From contig JBBTYL010000002.1 of NCBI GenBank assembly GCA_038061795.1, positions 105,511-169,510 on the forward strand: a stretch of 64,000 bases of DNA, read 5' to 3'. The DNA is from Patescibacteria group bacterium. GTDB taxonomy: Bacteria > Patescibacteriota > Minisyncoccia > Phycocordibacterales > PALSA-1337. The notes below the pieces were generated by a model. That model did no database searches. It worked only from the letters and a program-made list of their open reading frames with translations, and had not been told where the DNA came from. The first letter of the stretch is position 1. Every line of letters starts with the position of its first letter. Shown here in pieces: positions 53,760 through 63,372 of the stretch. Position numbers and translations under genes: made by a program.

Positions 53760-54191
53760 ATGCCAACAATCAATCAGCTTGTGCGTAAGAATCGCGCTCG
53801 ATTCACGAGAAAGTCAAAGTCGATCGCTCTCACAAAGAGTTTTAATACTATCAAGAACCGCCCTAACTATTTCCCATCTCCATTCAAGCGAGGTGTATGT
53901 ATAAAGGTTACGACAAAGACTCCAAAGAAGCCGAACTCCGCTATCCGAAAGATTGCTCGAGTACGACTTTCAAATGGAATGGAAGTTACAGCCTACATCC
54001 CAGGAGAAGGACATAACCTTCAGGAACACTCAGTGGTTCTCCTTCGAGGTGGACGAGTAAAGGACGTAGGTCTCCGATACACGGTGGTTCGAGGAGTGCT
54101 CGATGCAGCCGGAGTAGAGAAGCGACGAAAGGGTCGAAGCCAGTACGGAAACAAGAAGCCTAAGGAAAATAAAGCGGCAACGAAGGCTTAA
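53760..54191 (+). CDS. rpsL: 30S ribosomal protein S12
   Basis: [10 protein letters not shown]...[10 protein letters not shown]...[21 protein letters not shown] is canonical S12. Confidence 0.97.
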   Translation: MPTINQLVRKNRARFTRKSKSIALTKSFNTIKNRPNYFPSPFKRGVCIKVTTKTPKKPNSAIRKIARVRLSNGMEVTAYIPGEGHNLQEHSVVLLRGGRVKDVGLRYTVVRGVLDAAGVEKRRKGRSQYGNKKPKENKAATKA

Positions 54192-54224
54192 TACTATTTA
54201 TCTAACTTAATTTAAAATACTACT

Positions 54225-54692
54225 ATGCGAAGACGAATAAAGAATAAGCATCCGTTGAAGCCAGAGCCAGTTTACGAATCCGTAAAGGTTGCTAAGCTTG
54301 TGAATTACGTGATGGATTCAGGAAAGAAGAATGCAGCGCGGAAGATCGTTTATGATTGCATGACAATCATCAAGGAAAGGACGAAGTCTGAGCCAATCGA
54401 AGTCCTCGAGACAGCATTGAAGAACACGATGCCTGCTATGGAAGTACGATCACGACGAGTGGGAGGTGCAAACTATCAGGTTCCTCGAGAAGTCCGACCA
54501 GAACGACAGCGATCTCTTTCTATGAAATGGATTGTTCTTGCTGCTCGATCAAAGAAGGGAAAGCCTATGGCAGACAAGCTTGCTGATGAGATTATTGCAG
54601 CATCTAAAAACGAAGGAGAAGCAGTCAAGAAGCGAGAAAATACTCATAAGATGGCAGAGGCAAACAAGGCCTTCGCTCACTTTGCTTGGTAA
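54225..54692 (+). CDS. rpsG: 30S ribosomal protein S7
   Basis: Canonical S7 (PEPVYESVKVAKLVNYVM..GKK..A..I; EVRSRRVGGANYQVP). Confidence 0.97.
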   Translation: MRRRIKNKHPLKPEPVYESVKVAKLVNYVMDSGKKNAARKIVYDCMTIIKERTKSEPIEVLETALKNTMPAMEVRSRRVGGANYQVPREVRPERQRSLSMKWIVLAARSKKGKPMADKLADEIIAASKNEGEAVKKRENTHKMAEANKAFAHFAW

Positions 54693-54744
54693 TATGTTTA
54701 CAAGAGTTCTTTATTATTTAATTTAAATTTTGCAATTTTAATTT

Positions 54745-56889
54745 ATGCAACGAGACTATCCCCTAGAAAAAGTTCGTAACTTCGGTATCATCGCCCACAT
54801 CGATGCTGGAAAAACAACCACCTCAGAGCGAATCCTCTACTACACAGGAGAAATCCATAAGATTGGAGAGGTGCACGAGGGTGAAACTACAACCGACTGG
54901 ATGGAACAGGAGCGAGAGCGCGGAATCACTATTACCGCAGCCGCCATCACTTGTTTCTGGAATCCTTCATACATGCCAGCAAAAGATCTTTCAAAGAAAG
55001 TTCGATTCAATGTCATCGACACACCAGGACACATCGACTTTACCGTAGAGGTAAAGCGTTCACTACGAGTTCTCGACGGAGCCGTTGTGGTATTCGACGG
55101 AGTTGCCGGTGTGGAACCACAGTCAGAAACGAACTGGAGATATGCTGACGAGAGCAATGTGCCCCGACTTTGCTTCATTAACAAGATGGACCGAATGGGT
55201 GCATCATTCGAGCGATCATACGCTTCTATTTTAGAGCGACTCAACAAGAAGGCTGTCCGATTCCAGATTCCGATAGGAACGGAAGGCGATCATAACGGAG
55301 TCATCGATCTTTTGAAAATGAAAGCCTACTACTTCGAAGGAGAGAAGGGGATCAATGTCGTCGAGAAGGAAATTCCTGAAAGCCTTCTTGCGGATGCCAA
55401 GAAATATCATGCAGAACTTATTGAGAAGGCTGTTGAGCACAATGATGATCTCATGCAGCAGTATCTCGATGGAAAGGAAATTTCAGTGGATGTCATCAAG
55501 GCAGAGGTTCGAAAGCTGGTCATCGATAACAAAATTTTCCCAGTATTTACAGGTTCAGCCCTCAAGAACGTTGGGGTTCAGCTCGTACTCGATGCTGTTG
55601 TTGACTATCTTCCAGCTCCTACAGATATCAAGGCCGTTCACGGAATTGATCCAAATACAGGAGATAGAATCGAGCGACATCCATCAGATGCAGAGCCTTT
55701 TGCAGCACTTGCATTCAAACTTCAGAACGACCCATTCGTCGGACAGCTTACATTTTTCCGAGTATATTCAGGAACGATCGAAGCAGGAAGTTATATCTAT
55801 AACTCAACAACAGGGAAGAAAGAGCGACTCGGACGCATCGTGCGGCTTCAGGCCGACAAGCGAGAAGAGGTCAAGAAAGTCTTTGCTGGAGAAATCGCAG
55901 CAGCCGTAGGTCTTAAGGATGCTCGAACATCACATACATTCTGCGATGAGGAAAAGCCGATTATTCTTGAGAAGATCAAGTTCATGGAACCGGTGGTTTC
56001 TCTTCGAATCGAGCCAAAGACCAAGGCAGATCAGGAAAAAATGGGCATGGCCCTCAAGAAGCTTGGAGACGAGGATCCAACATTCCGAATTTCTTCAAAC
56101 AGTGAGACAGGAGAGACTATCATTTCAGGTATGGGTGAGCTTCACTTGGATATCATGGTTGACCGAATGAAGCGCGAGTTCGGCGTTGAAGCGAATGTCG
56201 GCAAGCCGCAGGTGGCATATCGAGAGACAATCATGGGAACTGCGGAAGCGGAACACAAGTACATCAAGCAATCTGGAGGTAAGGGTCAATACGGTCACGT
56301 AAAGATTACTCTCAAGCCGATGGAGAAGCTTGACCCAGAAGCAAAAATTCCAAAGAACGTCAGCCGATATGACGACTTCGAATTCATCAACTCAATCAAG
56401 GGAGGAGTTATTCCTCAGGAATTTATTCCAGCTGTTGAGAAGGGAGTTCATGAAGCTATGGACCGAGGTATCGTTGCAGGATTCAGGATGGTTAATGTTT
56501 CGTGTGAGCTCACATTCGGTTCTTACCACGATGTGGACTCATCTGAAATCGCTTACAAGATCGCGGGGTCGCAGGCCTTTCAGGAAGGAGCGAAGCGCGC
56601 GAAGCCGGTCATACTTGAGCCTATCATGAAGATCGAAGTGCTTTTCCCTGACAAGTTCATGGGAGACGTTACAGGCAGCATCTCATCTAAGCGAGGAACT
56701 ATTCTTGAAATGACGGAACGAGGTCAGGCGAAGGTCCTTCACGCTATGGTACCGCTTTCAGAAATGTTCGGATACACGACACAGCTTCGATCGATGACAT
56801 CTGGACAGGGAAGCTCTACGATGGAATTCGATCACTACGAGGTTGTTCCGAAGAACGTCGAAGCAGCTATCGTCGAGACGAGAAAATAA
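54745..56889 (+). CDS. fusA: Translation elongation factor G
   Basis: G1 AHIDAGKTTTSE, G3 DTPGHIDF, G4 NKMD. 714 aa. Domain IV/V motifs are present. Confidence 0.97.
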   Translation: MQRDYPLEKVRNFGIIAHIDAGKTTTSERILYYTGEIHKIGEVHEGETTTDWMEQERERGITITAAAITCFWNPSYMPAKDLSKKVRFNVIDTPGHIDFTVEVKRSLRVLDGAVVVFDGVAGVEPQSETNWRYADESNVPRLCFINKMDRMGASFERSYASILERLNKKAVRFQIPIGTEGDHNGVIDLLKMKAYYFEGEKGINVVEKEIPESLLADAKKYHAELIEKAVEHNDDLMQQYLDGKEISVDVIKAEVRKLVIDNKIFPVFTGSALKNVGVQLVLDAVVDYLPAPTDIKAVHGIDPNTGDRIERHPSDAEPFAALAFKLQNDPFVGQLTFFRVYSGTIEAGSYIYNSTTGKKERLGRIVRLQADKREEVKKVFAGEIAAAVGLKDARTSHTFCDEEKPIILEKIKFMEPVVSLRIEPKTKADQEKMGMALKKLGDEDPTFRISSNSETGETIISGMGELHLDIMVDRMKREFGVEANVGKPQVAYRETIMGTAEAEHKYIKQSGGKGQYGHVKITLKPMEKLDPEAKIPKNVSRYDDFEFINSIKGGVIPQEFIPAVEKGVHEAMDRGIVAGFRMVNVSCELTFGSYHDVDSSEIAYKIAGSQAFQEGAKRAKPVILEPIMKIEVLFPDKFMGDVTGSISSKRGTILEMTERGQAKVLHAMVPLSEMFGYTTQLRSMTSGQGSSTMEFDHYEVVPKNVEAAIVETRK

Positions 56890-56912
56890 TTCATTTCAAA
56901 GATATTACAAAC

Positions 56913-56942
56913 AAAAAGCCACTTTTACCTGAGTGGTTTTTT
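56913..56942 (+). terminator. Intrinsic terminator immediately after fusA
   Basis: AAAA(G)CCACT-tttacctg-AGTGGTTTTTT: a stem with an A/U extension followed by a T-run, 24 nt after the fusA stop. Confidence 0.6.
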
Positions 56943-57014
56943 GTTGACTAAATTGTTTTTATATTGTAATTTAGATGACAGCTACGAACATTACAACCCC
57001 TAACCTCCACTGTT

Positions 57015-57554
57015 ATGATTGAAATTCTCCGTTACGCGGATAACTACCTAATCGTGTTTTTCTTCCAGCCGGTGTCTCGGCTTTTCCAGAAGAAAACCGG
57101 CCTCAATAACTTCTTTCTTGCTCGTCTATTCTTGGCGATTTATGCCACGTTCATGTTTAGTGGCATGTCGAGAATCGAGGGTATTCCTATCGGGGCGTAC
57201 TTATTTCCCGCAATCATTGTTCTCGGCGGACTGATCATTAGCGTGGAAGAGGAGAAGTTGCAGCGCGATGGCGACAAGAATGATCCACCCCTAGGAGGCA
57301 TGCGCCGAAGGGTCATTTTCATCACAGCACGGCTGATTTTTGTTTTCGCAGTGGTGAAGTTTGTTCTCGGATACTTGACTGACTTCCGAGACTGGTCAAC
57401 GTTCATATACACTCTCACCCGCCTGCTCCCGCTGCCGTTCTTTCTCTTCTTCTGTGCATGCGTACCTTCCGGCAAAGAGGGAAACAAGTTTCTGGAATTC
57501 AGAGACAAGATATGGACCAAGGCGCGCACTTGGCTCAAGGATGAATTCGATTGA
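57015..57554 (+). CDS. Polytopic membrane protein (about 4 TM), unknown function
   Basis: 179 aa with four hydrophobic spans. It is preceded by TTGACT (56944-49), a 17-nt spacer, then TAATTT. No family recognised. Confidence 0.6.
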   Translation: MIEILRYADNYLIVFFFQPVSRLFQKKTGLNNFFLARLFLAIYATFMFSGMSRIEGIPIGAYLFPAIIVLGGLIISVEEEKLQRDGDKNDPPLGGMRRRVIFITARLIFVFAVVKFVLGYLTDFRDWSTFIYTLTRLLPLPFFLFFCACVPSGKEGNKFLEFRDKIWTKARTWLKDEFD

Positions 57555-57571
57555 TCGGTTTTGGTTTTCAG

Positions 57572-57598
57572 AAAGCGCCTTGTTTATGCGGGCGCTTT
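57572..57598. terminator. Bidirectional terminator hairpin between convergent genes
   Basis: AAAGCGCC-ttgtttatgcg-GGCGCTTT forms a perfect 8-bp stem flanked by A and T runs. Confidence 0.55.
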
Positions 57599-58404
57599 TA
57601 ATTTGGTGTCGAGAAGAAAGGGAACTCCCCAATCAGTTCTTCTGAATTATAAAAACTTTGCGCAAGTCCCCCGAAGCTATAACTAGTTCCGTTGATTTCA
57701 ATTTCAGCCCCGCCGATCTGAGGGATTGCCTTAGGCTTTGAATTTGCGAACCCGATGTTGTAGAGGGTTGAAACTATACCTGCGTTGTTGCTGATTGAGA
57801 AACCAGCGTGCTCCCACTGCTTCTCGATCTGAGCAATAAAAAGCGCCCCGTAAAGATATGAAAAGTATCTATCGTCCTCGTCCGTGAGCCGCTCGAACCT
57901 TTCCTTGTCGGGATTGTCAGTCTTGAAATTCAAGACATGCTCAAAATTTGGCCCGAGATAAAATGGGGAAGTCCTGTCTTTCAGATTATTCTCGATTTCA
58001 ATCGCTGTCTCCTGCTTTATGCCCATCACGCCCCAAGAAAATTGGCTCTGGTTGCCTAGGATTTTAAGGGGAGCAAACACTTTCTTGAAGACTTCTCGTT
58101 CGGAATAGAAAAGACGGAGCTGTTCTACGACGAGAGGATTGACAATCATGCGAGCAGGAATGCCGGTCTCTAAAGCGACTCTATTTATGACGGCGGAATC
58201 CTTCCTTATTGCTTTTTCGAGAATAAGCCATTCCTCGCTCTTTGACCAAGAATTCTCGTCTACCAGATCTTGGAAATAGTCACGTTGCGTGTCAACCACG
58301 CCTTTTGTTCTCGTCCAGCCGAGTTCTACAGACAAGTATCCAAGCATAAGAAAGAGGCCGACAGCGGCGAATACATAGACCAGGAAGCTGAATATTTTTT
58401 TCAT
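57598..58404 (-). CDS. Membrane-anchored extracytoplasmic protein, unknown function (weak lytic-transglycosylase-like motif)
   Basis: N-terminal anchor (FSFLVYVFAAVGLFLMLGYL). SQFSWGVMGIKQETA loosely resembles the SLT motif S.aGA.GLMQi.p.Ta, but this is too weak for a call. Confidence 0.6.
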   Translation of the reverse strand: MKKIFSFLVYVFAAVGLFLMLGYLSVELGWTRTKGVVDTQRDYFQDLVDENSWSKSEEWLILEKAIRKDSAVINRVALETGIPARMIVNPLVVEQLRLFYSEREVFKKVFAPLKILGNQSQFSWGVMGIKQETAIEIENNLKDRTSPFYLGPNFEHVLNFKTDNPDKERFERLTDEDDRYFSYLYGALFIAQIEKQWEHAGFSISNNAGIVSTLYNIGFANSKPKAIPQIGGAEIEINGTSYSFGGLAQSFYNSEELIGEFPFFSTPN

Positions 58405-58569
58405 AATTCACTCCAATAATATCACATGTGGATAAGTGCCGTTGTGCGCGACAGGAAACGCGCTATACTGATACCACTACCCGAGGACGTCCTGCGAAAG
58501 CAGACGTCTTCTTTCTTTGTCTCGGTAGACACTTTGGAATTATTAATTCGCTCATAATCTTCGCACTAT

Positions 58570-61500
58570 ATGGCACCAATTATCAAAAATACAATGTTCG
58601 GCAAGTACTTCCAGCATGTTCTTGTGCTCACGTTTCTAGCAGGCATCGCATATCCGCTTCCACAAGTGAAAGCGGCAATGGAAGGGGCTTTTGCTTTTGG
58701 AAGCGAGACATCTGCGACAGCCGCGGTTATTTCAATTAGGAAAAATCAGGCTGTCGTTACAGATATCAAAGCTAAGGTTTCGTATGACTCTGGACATAAA
58801 GAGTCAAACCTTGTCGTAACTTCAAGCGTGAAAATTACAGCCGGTGCGTCGGACATCACTTTGTTTGCTAAGGGATCTGCGCAGGCAAATTTATATAACA
58901 AGACGTTGAAGCTTCAAGGTCCGGTTTTGAACATGTCGGTCGTATCTTCAAGCCTCAAGAATAATTCTTCCGGTGCATATATCATCAAAAAGGGGACAGC
59001 GGCTTCTTTCACTTATGTCGGACAGGTCGGTCCAGCCAGCATGATTGCTGGACAGTATGAGGCATCCATCGTCGCAGTGTTTACTGGAGGAGGAAAGCTC
59101 TCTGTCTCAACCAACAAGTCAAAGCCAGTCACTATCGTCGGAGAGGCAAGTCCTTTTATTACAATCGCAGGTAAGGGAATTTACGGAACAGCAAACAAGG
59201 TCAGTGTGAATGGAGTTCGACTTGGGAAGGATATCAAAGTTATGATTCAGAATGACACCTACTCAAAAACTTTCTCCATGTCATTGAAAGAGAAGGCGAC
59301 TCAATTCAGCTTCAATCTCGCTGACTACGCAGTTCCTCCAGGATCTTATTCTATGTTTGTCATCAACACGAAGCTTGGAGATACGGCAGGGAGAAGCAAT
59401 AATGTCGGATTCACAGTTTTGAATCAGAGCAAAGTGATTATCGCAAAGGTTGCACCTGGAACTCTCGCGTTAAGTTTTGATTCAGCAAAAAAGGAATCTC
59501 TTCTTTCTGCGCCATTTAGCGTGAAAGTAAAAGCTGCAAATGATGATCTCGCATTTAACAACTCTACATTCTATGTTGTTGCTCAGAATGAGGTTGGAAA
59601 TCATAATGTCACTTCCACAGTGATAAAGTCTATAAAGTCAGAGAATGGTACTAGTACCCCGTCACAACCTTTTATCCTTAAGGCGGGAACAGAAGCAACG
59701 TTCAATATCGTCTCAGGGATAAATCCACAGACGCTTTTTGCAGGACCATATACGATGTCTGTCATTGGACTGTATCCAGCACCTCAAGGGACATCAAGTC
59801 CAGTTGCTGTTCAGGTCCAAGACAATAAGACAAATAAAGTCGTAATCATCGGAGAATCATCTCCTTACATCACTTCTGTGAATAGTCCTGTAAGTGTCGG
59901 TGATAAAGTGACGATTAAGGGAACGAGATTGAGCGGGGGACAAATCTTAATTGATGGAGCTGTCCTTGAGAACACTATCGTAGTTGGCGCAGTCGACGGA
60001 ACCGTATTGCAATTCGTCCTGCCATCTTCATTTACAAATGGATTCCATCAGCTATCAGTCAAAAGCGATGCGTATGGTGCAAGCAACACAGTTTACTTCG
60101 AATCAACAGGCGGAACAGATGTTCCTCCAGTCGTAGTTTGCCCAGCAGGATATATCTGTGAACCTGTTCCTCCGACAAATCCTCAGCCAGAAGGATGTCC
60201 TGCAGGATTCACATGTACGATAGTTACTACACCAAGTCCGTGCTATGTGTTCAGCTATAACTTAACTCTCGGTGATACTGGGACGGATGTCTCGGCACTT
60301 CAGAAGTTCTTGATTTCAAACGGGTTCGATATACCTGACATAACCTCAGGTCAGAATGCTCCAGGAATCTTTGGTGCCACGACAAAAGAAGCTGTAATCA
60401 AGTATCAGACAAGTGTCGGTCAGCCAGCAACAGGTTTTGTCGGACCGCTTACTCGGGCAGCATTGAATGCGTGTACCCCAACAGTTCCAACACCAACTTA
60501 CCCAGGGTTCTTTATGACACTTTCGAAATCCTCATATTCTGCAAATGAAAAAGTCGTAGCAAAAATAAACAGAGCAGATGGAAATACTAATCCTTATTAT
60601 GTCGATGTGTATGTTTTTGGTCCAAACTTAAATATTCCAACATATTCTCTTAAAAAGAATGTAGGAATTGGTCAGGACACAGAAATATCATTCCAGATGG
60701 ATCAGTTGTCACCAGTTTATAGCGGACCAGGTTATTACTCTCTATTATTGTGTGATGGTGGTCAGAAGTGTGATGGCGGTCGAAATACTAATGCAATTGG
60801 ATTTGAGGTTAAGCCCGCAATTGCACCCCCTATAACAATTCTAAGCCCTAATGGAGGAGAGACATATAAAACCGGTGATGTTGTCCGCATTGCATGGAAG
60901 ACAACTGTAAAAACTGATTCAGTGACTATTTGGTTGTCAGATAAGTATGGACAAACAGTCAGGGAAATTAAAGTGCCAGCTTCTAATACAGGAATTTACC
61001 CATGGACCATTCCACAAGATGTAGTTCCAGCTGGAACTACGGGTGCTTTCAAAATATTTATGAATACTAGCAGTCCTGTAACGGGACAGGTTGATAGTGA
61101 TTTCAGTGATTCTCCTTTCACTATTACAAAACCCTTCACACCACCTGATAATTCAAGCAACTCCTATACAGAGATCAAACCAGTCGTGAGCTTCGTATCT
61201 GCAAACACGAATGTGATTGCTGGCTCGGGCGCGAATGATGATACTGGAGTCTTCAATATAAAGTATAAAGTTACGGCTATAGGTGGCGATGTTTATTTTT
61301 CAGGAACAAGCTATAGAGTTGAGAAGTCAGGCGTGTGGGTGACTTCTCCCAATATAGCAGTAGCATTAAGTAATCTTTCAGATCCGACATTAACAGCCAA
61401 TGGCAACTATTTGGTTGAAGAAGGTGATTCTGAAACAATTGAAGTAACTGTTACTGTGCCGTTGAGTGGGGGAACACTGACTTCAGGCATGTATCGTCTT

Positions 61501-61602
61501 GTTTTCAGAGGTTTCCATTGGGGTATGAATGATTCGCTAGTCAATACTATTTTTGACTCTGGCCTTGAGTCATTCATCACCAATTACGTCAATTTGAACT
61601 AA
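58570..61602 (+). CDS. Large (1010 aa) surface protein: Ig/IPT-like repeats, Cys/Pro-rich linker, PG_binding_1 domain, C-terminal beta domains
   Basis: Signal peptide (FQHVLVLTFLAGIAYPLPQVKA). IPT/TIG-like modules (GESSPYITSVNSPVSVGDKVTIKGTRLSG...; GEASPFITIAGKG...VSVNGVRLG). Linker VVCPAGYICEPVPPTNPQPEGCPAGFTCT. Peptidoglycan-binding repeat LTLGDTGTDVSALQKFLISNGF...GIFGATTKEAVIKYQTSVGQPATGFVGPLTRAAL. Ig-like module ITILSPNGGETYKTGDVVRIAWKT. Confidence 0.75.
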   Translation: MAPIIKNTMFGKYFQHVLVLTFLAGIAYPLPQVKAAMEGAFAFGSETSATAAVISIRKNQAVVTDIKAKVSYDSGHKESNLVVTSSVKITAGASDITLFAKGSAQANLYNKTLKLQGPVLNMSVVSSSLKNNSSGAYIIKKGTAASFTYVGQVGPASMIAGQYEASIVAVFTGGGKLSVSTNKSKPVTIVGEASPFITIAGKGIYGTANKVSVNGVRLGKDIKVMIQNDTYSKTFSMSLKEKATQFSFNLADYAVPPGSYSMFVINTKLGDTAGRSNNVGFTVLNQSKVIIAKVAPGTLALSFDSAKKESLLSAPFSVKVKAANDDLAFNNSTFYVVAQNEVGNHNVTSTVIKSIKSENGTSTPSQPFILKAGTEATFNIVSGINPQTLFAGPYTMSVIGLYPAPQGTSSPVAVQVQDNKTNKVVIIGESSPYITSVNSPVSVGDKVTIKGTRLSGGQILIDGAVLENTIVVGAVDGTVLQFVLPSSFTNGFHQLSVKSDAYGASNTVYFESTGGTDVPPVVVCPAGYICEPVPPTNPQPEGCPAGFTCTIVTTPSPCYVFSYNLTLGDTGTDVSALQKFLISNGFDIPDITSGQNAPGIFGATTKEAVIKYQTSVGQPATGFVGPLTRAALNACTPTVPTPTYPGFFMTLSKSSYSANEKVVAKINRADGNTNPYYVDVYVFGPNLNIPTYSLKKNVGIGQDTEISFQMDQLSPVYSGPGYYSLLLCDGGQKCDGGRNTNAIGFEVKPAIAPPITILSPNGGETYKTGDVVRIAWKTTVKTDSVTIWLSDKYGQTVREIKVPASNTGIYPWTIPQDVVPAGTTGAFKIFMNTSSPVTGQVDSDFSDSPFTITKPFTPPDNSSNSYTEIKPVVSFVSANTNVIAGSGANDDTGVFNIKYKVTAIGGDVYFSGTSYRVEKSGVWVTSPNIAVALSNLSDPTLTANGNYLVEEGDSETIEVTVTVPLSGGTLTSGMYRLVFRGFHWGMNDSLVNTIFDSGLESFITNYVNLN

Positions 61603-61616
61603 AAGAGACCTTAAAT

Positions 61617-61645
61617 TTGACTTCTAAATGCGTACTTGCTATGAT
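61617..61645 (+). promoter_or_regulatory. Near-consensus promoter for tuf
   Basis: TTGACT (61617-22), a 17-nt spacer, then TATGAT (61640-45), with a TGc extension (TGCTATGAT). The leader to the tuf ATG is about 105 nt. Confidence 0.55.
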
Positions 61646-61758
61646 GGCGAGTACGCATTTAGCGTTGGCTTGGTGTCTCTTCTAAGAGACGAACCCCTTA
61701 TTAATAGTTTTAACATAATTTATCTTTGGACCCTCTGGGTTTAAAGCACTAAAATCAT

Positions 61759-62946
61759 ATGGCAGCAGAATTTAATCGTACAAAGCCGCACGTTAACGTT
61801 GGTACTATCGGACACGTTGACCACGGAAAGACAACTCTTACTACTTCTATCCTCGCTGTACAGGCAAAAGACGGTCTTGCTCAACTCAAGGCTTATGCTG
61901 ATATTGCAAAGGGAGGAACGGTGCGAGACGCTACAAAGGTGGTTACCATCTCTCTAGCTCACGTAGAATATGAGTCAAATGCTAGACATTACGCTCATAT
62001 CGATGCTCCAGGTCACGCAGACTATATTAAGAACATGATCACCGGTGCCGCTCAGATGGACGGCGCTATTCTCGTAGTATCTGCTCTTGACGGAGTTATG
62101 CCACAGACACGAGAGCATATTCTTCTTGCAAAGCAGGTCGGAGTGCCACAGATCGTCGTTTTCCTTAACAAGTGCGACATGGTAGCTGAAGCCGATCTCC
62201 TTGACCTCGTTGAAGAAGAGGTTCGAGAACTTCTTACAAAGAATGGTTTCGACGGAAAGGGCGCTCCGGTTATTCGAGGTTCTGCTCTTAAGGCTCTTGA
62301 GGGCGATGCAGCATGGGTTGCAAAGATCAAGGACCTTATGAACGCTCTTGATACATATATTCCTACCCCAGTGCGTGAAGTTGATAAGCCATTCCTTATG
62401 CCAATCGAGGACATCTTTTCAATTGAAGGACGAGGAACGGTGGTTACAGGCCGAATCGAGCGAGGTATGATCAAAGTAGGCGAGGAAGTCGAAATCCTTG
62501 GTTTCAAAGATACTACGAAGACTACGATTACCGGCATCGAAATGTTCAACAAGTCTCTTAAGGAGGGTATTGCCGGAGACAACGCAGGGCTTCTTCTTCG
62601 AGGTACAGGAAAGGATGATGTTACTCGAGGTATGGTTCTTGCAAAGACTGGCTCTGTTAAGCCTCATACTGACTTCGAGGCCGAAGTGTATATCCTCAAG
62701 AAAGAAGAGGGAGGACGACATACTCCATTCTTTACAGGGTACAAGCCTCAGTTCTATATCCGAACAACTGACGTTACTGGAGAGGTTGCCCTTGCTGCAG
62801 GCGTAGAAATGGTTATGCCAGGAGACACAGTTACATTCAAGGTAAAGCTCGTAGCTCCAGTTGCTCTTGAAGACAAGATGCGATTCGCTATCCGAGAAGG
62901 AGGAAAGACAGTAGGTGCAGGAGTTGTAACAAAGATAGTTGCATAA
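61759..62946 (+). CDS. tuf: Translation elongation factor Tu
   Basis: [22 protein letters not shown]. 395 aa, canonical throughout. Confidence 0.97.
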   Translation: MAAEFNRTKPHVNVGTIGHVDHGKTTLTTSILAVQAKDGLAQLKAYADIAKGGTVRDATKVVTISLAHVEYESNARHYAHIDAPGHADYIKNMITGAAQMDGAILVVSALDGVMPQTREHILLAKQVGVPQIVVFLNKCDMVAEADLLDLVEEEVRELLTKNGFDGKGAPVIRGSALKALEGDAAWVAKIKDLMNALDTYIPTPVREVDKPFLMPIEDIFSIEGRGTVVTGRIERGMIKVGEEVEILGFKDTTKTTITGIEMFNKSLKEGIAGDNAGLLLRGTGKDDVTRGMVLAKTGSVKPHTDFEAEVYILKKEEGGRHTPFFTGYKPQFYIRTTDVTGEVALAAGVEMVMPGDTVTFKVKLVAPVALEDKMRFAIREGGKTVGAGVVTKIVA

Positions 62947-62963
62947 TAACTTATTTAACTATC

Positions 62964-63350
62964 ATGACTACAATCGCTGAGGAAAAGAAATCTGTGAAGA
63001 AGGTAACAAAGCCTCGAGCCGCGAAGGCGGTTAAAGAAGGCGATGCTGCAAAGCTCCGAATCCGAGTTCGTGCATACGAACACAAGATTCTTGATGCTTC
63101 TCTCAAGCAAATCATGGACACAGCGATTCGTTATGATGTTAAGTTCTTTGGTCCCATTCCGCTTCCAACTGAAATCAAGAAATATACGGTAAATCGCGCT
63201 TCGTTCGTATTCAAGAATGCTCGAGAACAATTTGAAATGCGAGTGCACAAGCGACTTATAGATATCTTGAATCCCAATCAGAAGATCATAGAAGCACTTA
63301 CCAACCTCAGTCTTCCATCTGGCGTCAATATTGACGTCAAGATGATGTAG
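62964..63350 (+). CDS. rpsJ: 30S ribosomal protein S10 with a Lys/Ala-rich N-terminal extension
   Basis: The core KLRIRVRAYEHKILD...PIPLPT...FTVNRASFVFKNAREQFEMRVHKRLIDI is S10. About 25 extra N-terminal residues (MTTIAEEKKSVKKVTKPRAAKAVKEGDAA) precede it. A GTG at 62994 is an alternative start that would still leave an extension. Confidence 0.9.
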   Translation: MTTIAEEKKSVKKVTKPRAAKAVKEGDAAKLRIRVRAYEHKILDASLKQIMDTAIRYDVKFFGPIPLPTEIKKYTVNRASFVFKNAREQFEMRVHKRLIDILNPNQKIIEALTNLSLPSGVNIDVKMM

Positions 63351-63372
63351 GCTTTCGCTTTAAATTACTGAA

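Noticed and set aside
56944-61700. Possible duplicated sequence at the borders of the fusA-tuf insertion (TTGACT..AAAT.G and AACCCCTWA occur at both ends)
   Set aside because: The matches are short (6-9 nt), differently spaced, and partly just promoter consensus. That is not enough to claim target-site duplication.
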